Shown here: one piece after another, positions 1 to 11,000 of the stretch
Position numbering within the stretch: position 1 is the stretch's first letter
Layout of the letters: each line of letters starts with the position of its first letter
Position numbers and translations under genes: made by a program
Source of the DNA: Candidatus Poribacteria bacterium
Lineage (GTDB): Bacteria > Poribacteria > WGA-4E > WGA-3G
Length of the DNA: 64,000 nucleotides
Reading direction: 5' to 3'
Assembly: GCA_965215265.1 (NCBI GenBank)
Contig: OZ244048.1
Span: forward strand, 2,528,001-2,592,000
The notes under the pieces: generated by a model
What the model saw: only the letters and a program-made list of their open reading frames with translations
What the model was told of the DNA's origin: nothing
Databases searched by the model: none

Positions 1-518
1 TTGTCCGTATCAGGTGTAAACAGATAAACCTTGATATGTGCTGTGCGTTTTCCTTCTAGGAGTTTAGACTTCCAATAGCCTGTTTGGGCAATACGTTCTC
101 TCAAAGAGGTTTTACTTGAAATAATAGCAATGACTTGTGAATTTTCCGGTTTGTAAATAACAATATCAGCATCAGGTAAATATAACCCAAATTCCTTGTA
201 ATCAATTGTCACGTTTTGCTTAACAGCATGTAATTCTGGCGATAGCATGCGACGATCTAATGTGCTGCCGTTAATCAACTTAAGTCCAAGTGCTTCGATT
301 GAATCAGTGATAATATATTGGAGGAGTTTTTCAAAATTCTTTCCCTTAAAAGAACGCCAACTTTGCCCCTTATCTTTTTCTGGTTTGTGTGCATCAAGAT
401 AAGCGGCATGCAACACCTGAGCCTTTTTCAAGAGTTCTTGAACATATTTGTAAGTTTCTTCTCCTTTTTCGTCTTTCATTTTATTATATAGATTTTTCAA
501 ATCTTCGAAATTTCGCAC
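1..518 (-). CDS. BsaWI-family type II restriction endonuclease, paralog 2 (runs off the window edge; missing from the ORF track)
   Basis: Manual translation from GTG at 518 (AAGGA upstream) gives VRNFEDLKNLY...QSWRSFKGKNFEKLLQYII...LPDADIVIY...ISSKTSLRERIAQTGYWKSKLL...HIKVYLFTPD. The frame is open to the edge and is collinear with 666..1337. Confidence 0.85.
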   Translation of the reverse strand, partial: MRNFEDLKNLYNKMKDEKGEETYKYVQELLKKAQVLHAAYLDAHKPEKDKGQSWRSFKGKNFEKLLQYIITDSIEALGLKLINGSTLDRRMLSPELHAVKQNVTIDYKEFGLYLPDADIVIYKPENSQVIAIISSKTSLRERIAQTGYWKSKLLEGKRTAHIKVYLFTPDTD

Positions 519-665
519 AGTTGCTCATTCCTTTAATCCGATAAGAATGTGTCCATCGATTACACTTCTGTGGTAGACAAGACCTTGTGTGAAACGATGT
601 TCGGCTTGAACTGCCTATGCAATGCGGTGTATGCGCTATTCAAAGTAGTTCAAGGACTAGTTTGC

Positions 666-1337
666 TTAGATCAGTTGTTTGAAATCTTCAATAAAATGCT
701 CAAAAAGTTTGACGTTGTTGCTCTCTTCAAGCTCGGCTTCCGTTAGTACATAGGTGCCATCAAGGTCAATCTCTACAATAGCTCTTCCCTTTTTAGGGAG
801 ATATGTGCTTGTCAAGGTACCATCTTCGTCCGGCGTGATAAAATAGACCTTGATGTGTTTCGTAGCCTCACTTTCGAGGAGTTTGAGTTTCCAATAGCCA
901 GTCTGTGCAATTCGCTCGCGCAACGTAACTTTGCTTGAGATGAGAGCGATTACTTTCCGATTCTTAGGGTTGTAAACTATAATGTCTACATCAGGTAGAT
1001 GCAACCCAAATTCTCCGTAATCAATTGCTAAATTCCGCTTAACTTGGCTCAGCTCTAGGGATAGATTTTTACTCCGTTCTAATTTATTGCCATTGATCAC
1101 CTTCATCCCGAGTTCTTCTATTGATTCTGTGATAATATGTTGGATGAGTTTCTCAAAATTCTTTCCCTTGAAAGCGCGCCAACTCTGTTCATGGTCTCCG
1201 CCTGGTTTATCTTTCAAAAAATCCTGTTTATGAAGTTTTTTCGCGTCCTTCAAAAGTTGAGAAACGGATCTGTATGCTTCCGGTCCTTCTACTAATCGTG
1301 TCTCCCTGTACATATCTTTCAAATCTTCAAATTTCAT
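666..1337 (-). CDS. BsaWI-family type II restriction endonuclease
   Basis: Motifs QSWRAFKGKNFE, LPDVD and SSKVTLRERIAQ (PD...KxxLRER, Cfr10I/BsaWI-like CCGG family). Lies directly downstream of a DNA methyltransferase. Confidence 0.85.
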   Translation of the reverse strand: MKFEDLKDMYRETRLVEGPEAYRSVSQLLKDAKKLHKQDFLKDKPGGDHEQSWRAFKGKNFEKLIQHIITESIEELGMKVINGNKLERSKNLSLELSQVKRNLAIDYGEFGLHLPDVDIIVYNPKNRKVIALISSKVTLRERIAQTGYWKLKLLESEATKHIKVYFITPDEDGTLTSTYLPKKGRAIVEIDLDGTYVLTEAELEESNNVKLFEHFIEDFKQLI

Positions 1338-1348
1338 GATTATCTTAT

Positions 1349-2662
1349 CTATTTCTTTAACCCGATTACGATATATTCAGTTGGATATGCTTCGGAATCG
1401 GCTTTATTCTTGCTAGCAAATCGCCCTGTTTTTTCGTCTCTTTTCTGAGGGAGAATCTTCAGCGGAATTTCGCGTTTTATGAGTCGGTCTAGTTTGAAAC
1501 CTGAGCATTGTAAGGACTCAGCAAAGGCTTCAGCGTTGAGTATATCAACGCCTCTTAGCTTTGTATTGCCGATGACGTAACAACATCTACCGCCTGGTTT
1601 CAGAATTCTAAAACTTTCGTCAAAGACCTCTTGCATATCAATAAAGAAAGCTTCAATTTCCTTCGCCTTTTTTTTGCTTTTAGGTGCCATTTCATCAACT
1701 ATCCCGGAGGCAATTTGACTCAATAAGGGCTTGTTCTCGTACTGTTTGTAGGATGTCCCAATGAATTCCTTCTTGTATCTTTTTAGATCGTCCGCCAAAT
1801 TAAGCCAGAGGGTTGAGAGTTGATGAAGATCTGCATATTCATAGCTTGTCACATAGGGGCTAGAACTGACAATTAGATCTATACCGTTATCTGGAACTGC
1901 TTGTGCTTTGGCTGAGCCTATCTGGATGTTTAAGTAATCATTGGGGTTTTCTCTAACCTGAGATGGCACAACTTCATAAAATTGTGCATTTCCTTTTAGC
2001 ATTTTCAAAAGGTGCCTTTTGATAGCATCATAGGGAGACGTAGGCCGCTTTTTCAAATCACGTGTAGGTTTTGTACTACCTTGGCTCCAAATTGAACAAA
2101 TTTTGAGAATATGGCTAAATGCAACGAGAAGAAACGATTGAACGGCTTGATCCGTTTCAGTCAGAATTAAAGTGAGAATTTGTCCGATTTCGTCACGCGT
2201 TTTTTCATGAAACCAATAGTCAATACGTTCTAAGTGTTTCTCTGGAATTTGGGGGGCTATCTGACTGTTGGGGAAAAAGTTATGTTCTTCTCTGAGTTGG
2301 CAAATTTTGGCTAGAAATTGCTTCACTTTTTTTTCGAGGTAGTCAGGTCGAATGGCAGTTGCTTTCGCTTTAGCAACCAAATAAGCGATTTTATTAATGT
2401 CTGTGCCGCTCACGCGAAGTCCCTTGGATATAGCGGTGACGACGGTCGTTCCACATCCCATAAACGGGTCGTTTACATGAGCAGCTCCATTAGTTATGTA
2501 GGTATCAATCAGACGTTCAACAAGCTGAGGAATAAACTTGGCGGGGTAGCGGTGATACCCGTGGGTCCATTTTCCTGTGTCCGATGGCTTGAATTCGTTA
2601 AAAGACCAGGTTTTATCGACGGGTGTCTGATCGAACCATTCAAAGATTTCATTTGGCGACAT
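1349..2662 (-). CDS. DNA amino-methyltransferase (alpha order, probably N4-cytosine)
   Basis: YHRYPAKFIP, motif I DPFMGCGTT, then motif IV SSPPY. Start set at ATG 2662 because GAGG lies upstream and a promoter overlaps the longer ORF-track start. Confidence 0.88.
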   Translation of the reverse strand: MSPNEIFEWFDQTPVDKTWSFNEFKPSDTGKWTHGYHRYPAKFIPQLVERLIDTYITNGAAHVNDPFMGCGTTVVTAISKGLRVSGTDINKIAYLVAKAKATAIRPDYLEKKVKQFLAKICQLREEHNFFPNSQIAPQIPEKHLERIDYWFHEKTRDEIGQILTLILTETDQAVQSFLLVAFSHILKICSIWSQGSTKPTRDLKKRPTSPYDAIKRHLLKMLKGNAQFYEVVPSQVRENPNDYLNIQIGSAKAQAVPDNGIDLIVSSSPYVTSYEYADLHQLSTLWLNLADDLKRYKKEFIGTSYKQYENKPLLSQIASGIVDEMAPKSKKKAKEIEAFFIDMQEVFDESFRILKPGGRCCYVIGNTKLRGVDILNAEAFAESLQCSGFKLDRLIKREIPLKILPQKRDEKTGRFASKNKADSEAYPTEYIVIGLKK

Positions 2663-2699
2663 GGATTGAGATATATCCTCTCTCGTTGTAAATAAAATT

Positions 2700-2728
2700 A
2701 GTATATCGTACAATTTAGCAGATATCAA
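2700..2728 (-). promoter_or_regulatory. sigma70-type promoter for the MTase-REase-REase operon
   Basis: TTGATA-N17-TATACT on the minus strand. Confidence 0.6.
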
Positions 2729-2809
2729 CGAAAAAAGATAGTAAATTAAAAATAGGCGCGCGAGGTGCCCCAGGGTATCCGTGATTCTGAAGAGAGGGAA
2801 ACCGTGAAA

Positions 2810-3253
2810 TCAATTCACCTGATGTACACGGCACTCCTGCCCACGTGCCACTTCTTCTCGGAGAATTTTGATGCTTTCAGGAGTGTTGTAACGTCGTTGT
2901 AGCACTTTTATGATCTCATCTTCTAGATAGTCATACGTCCAACGAATCCGCTTTGTTATCAGATACCCTAAATCCGGATAATCCAGGGATGAACGGAAGT
3001 TCAGTACATCGTTGATTACTATGGTTAGAATTGTCTTAACAGGTTCAAATTGAGAACCTGACATATACTCGTGAACCATGGTCCAACCACAGCAAGGAAT
3101 GATTTTAGATTCATCGCAAATATCCTGTGCCTCTTTGTCCGTCTGAAATCTGTCTGCATCGTTGACAAGAATCTGCTTCGGTATAGTGTTAACGATAGCG
3201 ATAGCTAGTTGCTGTAGCGTCATATCGCTAGTGATGTTCAACTTAATAGTCAT
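2810..3253 (-). CDS. hypothetical protein (147 aa) between the two R-M modules
   Basis: AAGGAG RBS and a TTGCTT-N17-TATAAT promoter upstream. No recognisable motif. Confidence 0.65.
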   Translation of the reverse strand: MTIKLNITSDMTLQQLAIAIVNTIPKQILVNDADRFQTDKEAQDICDESKIIPCCGWTMVHEYMSGSQFEPVKTILTIVINDVLNFRSSLDYPDLGYLITKRIRWTYDYLEDEIIKVLQRRYNTPESIKILREEVARGQECRVHQVN

Positions 3254-3586
3254 GTGTTTACTCCTTTATATTTGTTAATAATTAAATTATACCCTAAAAA
3301 TTAGTGAGAAGCAAATTAATTTTTATCTTTTCGCCTGAGAATGGCAAGTAAATTATGGTAAAATCCAAAGAGATGTAGGCAATATCGGGATGAGATGCTC
3401 GCTCCGACGGGTGGGTTTACTGATGTTTTTACCGTTGAACATTCGTAACAATATTTTAACCGTTGCGTTTTGCCTCTGTTTTGCGTTTAAGATGCAAAAC
3501 GTGCACGTCTCCCTTTTGAGACGGTGGTTGGGTTGGCGTGCTTTTTTAGTTATGGATTTTTGCGTTTGCAGGCAATTTGAACCACC

Positions 3587-4174
3587 TCAATTCTCGGAGT
3601 CGGGGCGGTCTATATGGCCGTTTACATGATATGTCTCGTAAACGTCAAAAACGGCTTTGCAAAAGGCTATCATCTTCTGGTCTGAGTGTTCTAAGGCAGT
3701 TTCGTACATTTTGATAAAATACCTTTTACCGGCTTCAGTCTGTGAGTAATTGCGTTTGAGTAGATTGTGTTCGTAACAGAGTGTCTGGCCGTTGGCAATG
3801 GTATTTGTGCCGCCCTTATCTTTGGGCTTAACATGGTCAGCGGCAAGCGTAACGCCATCTTCACGGCTGCGTCCACAGACAACACACCGATGGCCATCAC
3901 GTTCAAAAATAGCCGCTCTCGTCTGAGCCGAAAATTCGAACAATTCAACTTCGTGTTCATGGTGTGGGTCATATTTATAGATACCCTTGTCTACTTTGAT
4001 GAGTTTTCCTTCTTGATGTAGTTTCCTAATGGTTCGCCATGGGTCTCTGGGTACTCTCCCATGTGCTGCTTGATATTGTTCTGTTACCCAATCTACGACT
4101 GGATCGTGTGGCAATTCTTGGTTTGGGTGGTTCATAAAGTACTCCATAACAAGTTCACGAATCGTCTGTGCCAT
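3587..4174 (-). CDS. HNH endonuclease, probable type II restriction enzyme
   Basis: CVVC...ADHVKPKDKGG...NGQTLCYEHN HNH motif. GAGGAG RBS before ATG 4174; overlaps the end of the upstream MTase. Confidence 0.82.
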   Translation of the reverse strand: MAQTIRELVMEYFMNHPNQELPHDPVVDWVTEQYQAAHGRVPRDPWRTIRKLHQEGKLIKVDKGIYKYDPHHEHEVELFEFSAQTRAAIFERDGHRCVVCGRSREDGVTLAADHVKPKDKGGTNTIANGQTLCYEHNLLKRNYSQTEAGKRYFIKMYETALEHSDQKMIAFCKAVFDVYETYHVNGHIDRPDSEN

Positions 4175-4958
4175 GTCTCTCCTCGGTATTTTCAAAGAGT
4201 TGCAATTGATTTGTAGCGTGCTGGATGCGTTCTTTTGCGAGTTTGCAGTAGCCTTCGTCCACCTCGATTCCAATGCTTTGCCGGTTGTTTAAACGTGCGG
4301 CAATTAAGGTGGTGCCGCTCCCCATAAACGGGTCGAGGACGGTGTCCTGAACGTAACTAAAGAGTTTGATACAGCGCTGTGGGAGTTCGATAGGAAAAGG
4401 CGCGGGGTGCCCAATCCGCTTCTTGCTTTCACCGGGGAAGGTCCAGAGCCCATTTGTCCACTCCATAAACTCTTGTTTATTCATATCGGATTTGCCGCTC
4501 CCGCTTGTTTTCTTCCATTGTTGCTTATAGAGGACGACAATCAATTCAACCGGGGCGATGACGTAGGGTGCAGATGCCTTTAACCAAGAGCCCCAGGCGG
4601 TTCTTCTAGAGATGTTGCCTTCGTTCCAAACGATGGTGGCGTGGTATTGAAACCCGACAGTGGTTGCTAGCTTTGTCAGATCTGCGCCGACGTGTTGCTG
4701 TCCGCCCTTGTTTTTGTCCAAGGGGATATTGAGACAGAAACGCCCATCGGGCTTTAGCCACTGTAGAGAGCGAGCGAACCACGCTTCCGAAAAGGCGAGA
4801 TAATCGGCATAAGAGAGTGCATCGTCATTTGAATCGTATTTAATGTCTACATTATAGGGTGGCGAAGTGACGATGAGATCTATACTCTCTTTCTCAATGG
4901 CGTGCGTTGTCAATACATTATCATTGATAATCTCAAAGGGTTTGTTAGTAGAAAACAC
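4155..4958 (-). CDS. site-specific DNA amino-methyltransferase (beta class, N6/N4)
   Basis: Motif IV TSPPY at the N-terminus, then HPAPFP and motif I DPFMGSGTT at the C-terminus. Confidence 0.9.
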   Translation of the reverse strand: MFSTNKPFEIINDNVLTTHAIEKESIDLIVTSPPYNVDIKYDSNDDALSYADYLAFSEAWFARSLQWLKPDGRFCLNIPLDKNKGGQQHVGADLTKLATTVGFQYHATIVWNEGNISRRTAWGSWLKASAPYVIAPVELIVVLYKQQWKKTSGSGKSDMNKQEFMEWTNGLWTFPGESKKRIGHPAPFPIELPQRCIKLFSYVQDTVLDPFMGSGTTLIAARLNNRQSIGIEVDEGYCKLAKERIQHATNQLQLFENTEERHGTDDS

Positions 4959-5458
4959 GTTTTTCTCCTATATACGGGGGAGCAGCGGGTATATTCTTCG
5001 TTCTTGTAAATTATTTCTCCCGATACAACTGATTGGTAGTCGAGATAAAGAAGAGGCATTTAACTATTATCTCCTATAGATTGGCGTTGTGCGTGTGAAC
5101 TCTCCTATAGTAATATTCGTAACCTATCCTCTGCGGTTTTGCAATATTCAGGTGAAATATCTATCCGCAAGTAGTGACGTTGATGTTTGAACTCGGAAAG
5201 TCAGGTTGTTCCGGCACCAACAAAAGCATCTAGGATGACATCCCGATTGATATCGGCATCCTTGGGCTCTCCGGATTTTTTCAAAGAACCTTTGCAAAAG
5301 ATGTCTAAAAACTCCCATGTATATTTCAGATAAGGACCGGATGGACTTTTCCAACTCCGCCAAGTCGTGTACTTGTAATGGTGTAAGGGTTGCCTGAAGT
5401 TTTAGAGAACCTATTGTGTGAACAAATTCATGGGCTTTATAGGAAAAGCAAGATTTTT

Positions 5459-6916
5459 CTATGCCCACCGTTCGACAACGACTTTTTTCTGTGTGAAAAA
5501 GTCAACGGCATCGGAGCTCTGTCCGTGCAGGTCACCGAAGAAGCTATTTTTCCAACCACTGAAAGGGAAGAACGCCATCGGTGCGGCAACCCCGATGTTA
5601 ACGCCGATGTTTCCGAGCTCGGCTTCATAGCGGAATTTGCGTGCGGCGGCCCCGCTGTTTGTAAAGATGCATGCCATATTGCCGTAACGTCCGCGGTTGA
5701 TTAACGTGATAGCGTCGTCAATTGTCTCGACGTGTATGAGCCCGAGGACGGGTCCGAAAATCTCTGTCTGTGCGATGTCGCCGTCAGGGTTGAGTTGGTT
5801 GAGTAGCGTTGGCCGTATGAAATTACCGTTTTCGCTGCCGGGGATGCTTGGATGTCTGCCGTCGACGAGAATTTGCGCGCCTTCGTCAGCGCCTGCTTGA
5901 ATGAGTGTTTCAATGCGTGTTTTACTTTCTGGGGTGATAACGGGCCCCATTTGCACGTTTTCATCCAAACCGTTTCCAACGATGCGGTTTGTGGCAGTTT
6001 CGGCGATGGCTTCAGTGAACCAGTTCTGTGCACTTCCGACGGTGAGTGCGATAGATGCGGCGAGGCAGCGCTGTCCTGCACATCCGAAAGCGCTTTCGGC
6101 GGTTGCATTTGCGGTAAACTGTGGTTCCGCATCTGGTAGTATAATGAGTGGGTTTTTCGCGCCGCCTTGGCACTGTACCCGTTTGCCGTTTGCGGCGGCT
6201 TTTGCATAGATATTTCTGGCTGTGGCTGTGGCACCGACAAAGCTGATGGCACGGATCTCCGGATGCGTTAAGAGGGCATCGACGGTGTCTTTACCGCCGT
6301 TGACGAGGTTAACAACGCCTTTGGGGAGCTCGGTCTGTTCAAGCAGTTGAAACACCTTCTGCATGGTGAGCGGTACCTTCTCGGAAGGTTTAACGATGAC
6401 GGTGTTCCCGCATGCGATGGCATAAGGGAGGAACCAGAACGGAATCATGCCGGGGAAATTGAAGGGTGCGATGACAGCACAGACGCCGACGGGTTGACGG
6501 ATCATGAATTCGTCGATGCCAGTAGCGATGTCCTCAAGGTTTGTGCCTTGCATAAGGGTCGGTATGCCGCAGGCGACTTCGACATTTTCAATTGCCCGTC
6601 GCATTTCACCTTTTGCTTCGTCAAGTGTTTTTCCGCATTCCAGTGTGATGGTTTCTGCGATGTCGGTTAGGTTCTGCTCGAGTAGGTTTTTCAACTGGAA
6701 CAGGTACTGGATTCGCTGAGTAGGTGGTGTTCTCCGCCAGTGATTGAGAGCACTGGCGGCTGACGTGGCTGCGTGATGTACTTCTTCAGCAGGCGAGAGT
6801 GGTACCTTTGTAAGCAGATCTCCGGTGGCTGGGTTCGTGACGTTGAGTTGTTCTGCGGTTGCTGATGTTTGCCAAACGTTGTCAATGTAATTGGGGAGTG
6901 GGGTTTGGAAGTTCAT
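5459..6916 (-). CDS. mmsA: CoA-acylating methylmalonate-semialdehyde dehydrogenase
   Basis: ALDH motifs PFNFP, KPSE, GGAKN, AGQRC, EIFGP, plus the MMSDH signature [19 protein letters not shown]. Confidence 0.92.
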   Translation of the reverse strand: MNFQTPLPNYIDNVWQTSATAEQLNVTNPATGDLLTKVPLSPAEEVHHAATSAASALNHWRRTPPTQRIQYLFQLKNLLEQNLTDIAETITLECGKTLDEAKGEMRRAIENVEVACGIPTLMQGTNLEDIATGIDEFMIRQPVGVCAVIAPFNFPGMIPFWFLPYAIACGNTVIVKPSEKVPLTMQKVFQLLEQTELPKGVVNLVNGGKDTVDALLTHPEIRAISFVGATATARNIYAKAAANGKRVQCQGGAKNPLIILPDAEPQFTANATAESAFGCAGQRCLAASIALTVGSAQNWFTEAIAETATNRIVGNGLDENVQMGPVITPESKTRIETLIQAGADEGAQILVDGRHPSIPGSENGNFIRPTLLNQLNPDGDIAQTEIFGPVLGLIHVETIDDAITLINRGRYGNMACIFTNSGAAARKFRYEAELGNIGVNIGVAAPMAFFPFSGWKNSFFGDLHGQSSDAVDFFTQKKVVVERWA

Positions 6917-6966
6917 TTTTTGTATATCTCCGTACCGTCAACGCTTATGTCGTGGGTACTCGTGTG
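6917..6966. repeat. dispersed ~50 bp intergenic repeat, copy A
   Basis: 40/50 identical to 10951-11000 by manual alignment; related copies at 60284-60387. Confidence 0.75.
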
Positions 6967-7038
6967 TTGGCAGGATAGGATAAGATTACCTTTTACCTGC
7001 CATCTATAGATCGGGGGTTATCTATGCTATGATTCATA

Positions 7039-8505
7039 TCATTGAGCGGTTGTGCTGTTCCTGCTGGATTTAGATGAGAAGAGCTCAAGTACTTTCAATT
7101 GCTTCATAGCAGCGACAACTTGTGGGTCTTGCTCGAGTTCGTCCTGTGTATTTTCAGTGATTTGGGCAATAGCATATTTCATGCCGGCTTCGCTGAGAAT
7201 AATCTGTTCTTCGGTGAGTTCATCGACTAAACGTTGGTATGTACGCAGGAGTTTGGATGCTTGCCGGTCGTCTCTTGGTGCGTTTTCTACGGTTTCCAAT
7301 TGTGCCAACACATCGTCGCCGTTTTCAGCAATAAAGGTTTTGATTTTTTCGTGTTCTCGGAGTTTCAACTGCATCTGCTGCTCTGACCGGCTAAACCCGT
7401 CGGATTCGATGTCTGGGGTGATTCCGATTTTGTCGATATTGGTGCCGTTCGGGGTATAGTAGTTGGCAACAGTTAATTTGATTGCGGCTTTTGAATTGCT
7501 GAGTTGCCAGATGCGTTGTACGGAAGCTTTTCCGAATGTTTTCTGGCCCATGACGAGTCCTCGCCCATGGTCTTTGATGGCGCCGGCGACGATTTCAGAG
7601 GCACTGGCACTTCCACTGTTGACGAGTACAATTAGTGGAAATTTGTCTCTTGCGATGCCCTTTGCGTTAAAATCCTGTTTCTGTTTTCCCTGGCTGTAAA
7701 CGACGAGTTGCCCGGGTTCGAGAAAGTCGCTGGCGATATCGATCGCAGCCGTGAGGAGTCCGCCTGGGTTGAAGCGGAGGTCGAGAATGACACCACGCGT
7801 CTGTTGTGCTTGGAATTCGAGCAGCGCTGCATCTACGTCAGAGGCGGTTGTCTGAATAAATTGATTGATTTTGAGATAGCCGATGTTGTTGCCGATAATG
7901 GCTTTTTCGACGCTGGGGATGCGAATTACATCGCGCGTAATTGTGAGTTCAATGGGCTGGCTCTCCTTTGCGCGAATGATGGTAATGGAGACGGCGGTGC
8001 CGGGTTCGCCTCGCAGCTGCCCGACTGCGTCGTCCAAGCTCATGACGGCTGTGGATTCGCCTTCAATCTGGCTGATGATGTCCCCACTTTGCATTCCGGC
8101 AGCGGCAGCAGGGGAGCCCTTGAAAGGCGTAATTACAGTCAGCATGTCTTCCCGGATGCCGATGGTCATGCCAAGTCCGGCGTAATTGCCACGGTTTTTG
8201 GTACTGAGCTCAAGATAGTCTGGTATAAATTGGCTGTACGGGTCCAAAGTGCGGAGCATCCCGGTGATTGCGCCCTCTATGAGTTCCTTTGTCTCCGGTG
8301 CCTCCAGATGCTGCTGTTTAATGTAAGCCAAGATTTCTGAAAACTGTGCTAGGTTCTCTAACAGTTCGGCATCTGCCGGGTCTTCGGTTTCTTCGGTGTT
8401 CGCATTAAGTGTGAGAGAAGCGATGATGAGAATTGTTAAAACGAGACAGACAAGATGTTTGATGTCATAAAGTCTCTTCAGGCGATGAAAATAGGTTTTG
8501 TTCAT
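7039..8505 (-). CDS. ctpA: S41 family carboxyl-terminal processing protease (PDZ)
   Basis: N-terminal membrane anchor, LDPYS, PDZ GLGM, DLRFNPGG, catalytic SASASEI and GK. Confidence 0.9.
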   Translation of the reverse strand: MNKTYFHRLKRLYDIKHLVCLVLTILIIASLTLNANTEETEDPADAELLENLAQFSEILAYIKQQHLEAPETKELIEGAITGMLRTLDPYSQFIPDYLELSTKNRGNYAGLGMTIGIREDMLTVITPFKGSPAAAAGMQSGDIISQIEGESTAVMSLDDAVGQLRGEPGTAVSITIIRAKESQPIELTITRDVIRIPSVEKAIIGNNIGYLKINQFIQTTASDVDAALLEFQAQQTRGVILDLRFNPGGLLTAAIDIASDFLEPGQLVVYSQGKQKQDFNAKGIARDKFPLIVLVNSGSASASEIVAGAIKDHGRGLVMGQKTFGKASVQRIWQLSNSKAAIKLTVANYYTPNGTNIDKIGITPDIESDGFSRSEQQMQLKLREHEKIKTFIAENGDDVLAQLETVENAPRDDRQASKLLRTYQRLVDELTEEQIILSEAGMKYAIAQITENTQDELEQDPQVVAAMKQLKVLELFSSKSSRNSTTAQ

Positions 8506-8548
8506 TTTTGTTTGACTCCTTGGAGCGTCAGGAAAAGTGTGAGATTTT

Positions 8549-9031
8549 TCATGACCTCCTCAATAGACGAGAAAATTGGAGAGTTGGCGTACGAAAAGCG
8601 ATGAAGGCGGCAGCTGCGCCGTAGAGCCAGTCGATGTGGCTCATGCGATGACGCATCAACTCCCATACGGATTGTCCGTTAAAGACAGTTTTGGCGATAG
8701 GTGCGGCTTGCTCTGCAGACATGTGATGTTCTTGTATGAGTTGTTGTGTAATCTGTGCCACGGCATTCCATTGCACGTCCAGATATTTTCCGATGAAGAT
8801 ACCGATAATGGCGAAGAGAGCGCTGGCGACAGTCACGATGTTCCATGCCGTTTTAGGATGGTTGTGGAGACTGAAGCGACTCGTGAGGCGTATCCCTATC
8901 CCGGTGAGTACACCGATGCCGATGGCGATGAATTCTGCAGTGTTCCCTGTCCACTGTATATATTTTGCCCAGAGGATTCCCCCGGTGGCTGCGCCCAGGA
9001 GCCCGCCAAGCGGTACGGTGAGAATGTTCAT
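8549..9031 (-). CDS. hypothetical membrane protein
   Basis: About four hydrophobic Gly-rich segments; co-oriented between gatA and ctpA. Start is uncertain (9031 or 9061). Confidence 0.7.
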   Translation of the reverse strand: MNILTVPLGGLLGAATGGILWAKYIQWTGNTAEFIAIGIGVLTGIGIRLTSRFSLHNHPKTAWNIVTVASALFAIIGIFIGKYLDVQWNAVAQITQQLIQEHHMSAEQAAPIAKTVFNGQSVWELMRHRMSHIDWLYGAAAAFIAFRTPTLQFSRLLRRS

Positions 9032-9139
9032 ATTTTTGTCGTTCCGTTGCGTCCCTGCCAATGTGCGTGTGACATTTGCGTGGAGCAGTCAGATGTCTTG
9101 TGAAAACAGAGAGGCTTGCTCGCCTTGTTGGGCGGGTTC

Positions 9140-10606
9140 CTATCCGTCCAGATTTGGCTTGTGCCGGTGATGTTCAGTATTTTGCTCAAACGTATATGCA
9201 ACGCGCAGGAGTTTTTCCTCTGCGAAGGGTGCGGCGAGGAGCTGCAAGCCGACGGGGAGTCCGCTATGGACAAAACCACAAGGTACTGAAATACCGGGTA
9301 ACCCTGCATGGCTTGCAGGTGTCGTCATTACGTCGGAGAGGTACATCTGCAGCGGGTCTGCGGTGCGTTCACCGATTTTGAATGCCGGTGTGGGCGATGT
9401 AGGCGTTGCGATAAGATCGACCTTCGCCCAGGCGGCATCAAAATCGGATTTGATCAAGGTTCGTACTTTCTGTGCTTTTCGGTAGTATGCATCTTGGTAG
9501 CCGGCACTCAGTGCAAAGGTGCCGAGCATGATGCGCCGTTTAACCTCTTGCCCGAATCCCTGGCTCCGTGTTTTTTTGTACATAGTGAGCAGATCTGTTG
9601 GGTGTTCGGAACGGTAACCGTAGCGGACACCATCGTATCTCGCGAGGTTGGCGCTGGCTTCCGCTGGGGCGATAATGTAGTAGGTAGCGATGGCGTATTC
9701 AGTATGGGGCAGCGAGATATCTACAATAGTAGCCCCGAGGTTCTCCAAGGTAGCGATAGCCTCATGCACCGTGTCTGCGACGGCTGGTTCTAAGCCGTGG
9801 GTAAAATACTCCTTTGGTATACCGATTTTCAAACCGTTTACATCGTTGATGAGGCTCTGCGTAAAATCTGGTACTGGGAGTTCTACGGAGGTCGAGTCCA
9901 TCTCGTCGTGCCCACAGATGGCATTGAGAAGGAGCGCGCAATCCGTTACATCTTTAGAAAATGGGCCGATTTGGTCTAGTGATGAGGCGAATGCGATCAA
10001 GCCGTAGCGGGAGACACGGCCGTAGGTGGGTTTCATGCCGACAACGCCGCACAGTGCTGCGGGCTGTCGGATGGACCCGCCGGTATCTGAGCCGAGGGAA
10101 CAGATGGCTGTATCAGCAGATACAACGGCTGCTGAGCCGCCGCTGGACCCGCCGGGGATGGTGTCTAGGTCCCAGGGGTTGTGCGTGAGTTGGAAGGCGG
10201 AATTTTCGGTAGAGGAGCCCATGGCGAATTCGTCCATGTTGGTTTTTCCGAGCATTACAATGCGCTGCTCGTGAAGTTTCTGCATCACGGTTGCATCGTA
10301 AGGCGGCACAAAATTGCTGAGTATTTTAGAGGCACAAGTTGTGCGCACCCCTTTGGTGCATATTATATCTTTAATGGCAATAGGTATGCCTGCTAAGGGT
10401 GGCATGTCGTCGCCGCGTTGGAAGCCTTCATCCGCTGCGTTTGCTTGTTCTAGTGCGCTCTGTTTAGTGAGCGTCAAGTAGCCTTTAACGTGCGGCTCCA
10501 CTGCCTCTATGCGAGCATAGAGAGCTTCTGTTAACGCGACGGCGGTAATTTCGCGTGCTTTGAGTTTTTCGTGTAGTGTGTGTGCTGTTAATTCGTAAAG
10601 GGACAT
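9140..10606 (-). CDS. gatA: Asp/Glu-tRNA amidotransferase subunit A
   Basis: Amidase signature [34 protein letters not shown]. Confidence 0.97.
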   Translation of the reverse strand: MSLYELTAHTLHEKLKAREITAVALTEALYARIEAVEPHVKGYLTLTKQSALEQANAADEGFQRGDDMPPLAGIPIAIKDIICTKGVRTTCASKILSNFVPPYDATVMQKLHEQRIVMLGKTNMDEFAMGSSTENSAFQLTHNPWDLDTIPGGSSGGSAAVVSADTAICSLGSDTGGSIRQPAALCGVVGMKPTYGRVSRYGLIAFASSLDQIGPFSKDVTDCALLLNAICGHDEMDSTSVELPVPDFTQSLINDVNGLKIGIPKEYFTHGLEPAVADTVHEAIATLENLGATIVDISLPHTEYAIATYYIIAPAEASANLARYDGVRYGYRSEHPTDLLTMYKKTRSQGFGQEVKRRIMLGTFALSAGYQDAYYRKAQKVRTLIKSDFDAAWAKVDLIATPTSPTPAFKIGERTADPLQMYLSDVMTTPASHAGLPGISVPCGFVHSGLPVGLQLLAAPFAEEKLLRVAYTFEQNTEHHRHKPNLDG

Positions 10607-10619
10607 TCAGTTGTGCTCC

Positions 10620-10916
10620 TTACGCGGTTTCAATTACTCTGGGGACTCCGAAATATCCAGTTTCTGCTTCAGGTGCATTAGCGAGTACCTCTTCGCGCGG
10701 ATAGGAGGGTTTAACGATATCCGGCTTGGTGACATTTTGGAGTGGGTGGATGTGCGATGTGGGTGGTACGTCATCCGTCTCCAATTCATTCAACTTTCCG
10801 ATATAGTCCAAGATTCTGGCAAGCTGCTCGGTGAAGTGTTGCGTCTCTTCGTTGTTAAATTCGAGACGTGCTAAGTTTGCGACGTGAAGTACGTCTTCGG
10901 TGTTAATCGTTGCCAT
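10620..10916 (-). CDS. gatC: Asp/Glu-tRNA amidotransferase subunit C
   Basis: VxHVAxLARL...NAPE...YFxVPRVIE; directly upstream of gatA. Confidence 0.95.
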   Translation of the reverse strand: MATINTEDVLHVANLARLEFNNEETQHFTEQLARILDYIGKLNELETDDVPPTSHIHPLQNVTKPDIVKPSYPREEVLANAPEAETGYFGVPRVIETA

Positions 10917-10950
10917 GATTTTTGTTGTCTCCTAACGGGCCTGGTAAGGC

Positions 10951-11000
10951 TTTTTGTATCTCTCCGTACCATCATCACTTATGTCGCGATGTCTTGTGTG
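10951..11000. repeat. dispersed ~50 bp intergenic repeat, copy B
   Basis: Matches 6917-6966. Confidence 0.75.

Noticed and set aside
2663-2728. ORF-track N-terminal extension of the MTase
   Set aside because: It overlaps a sigma70 promoter, and a better RBS precedes ATG 2662.
5148-5468. 106-aa minus-strand ORF overlapping the mmsA stop
   Set aside because: No RBS or recognisable motif; it may be a decayed remnant but cannot be supported as a gene.
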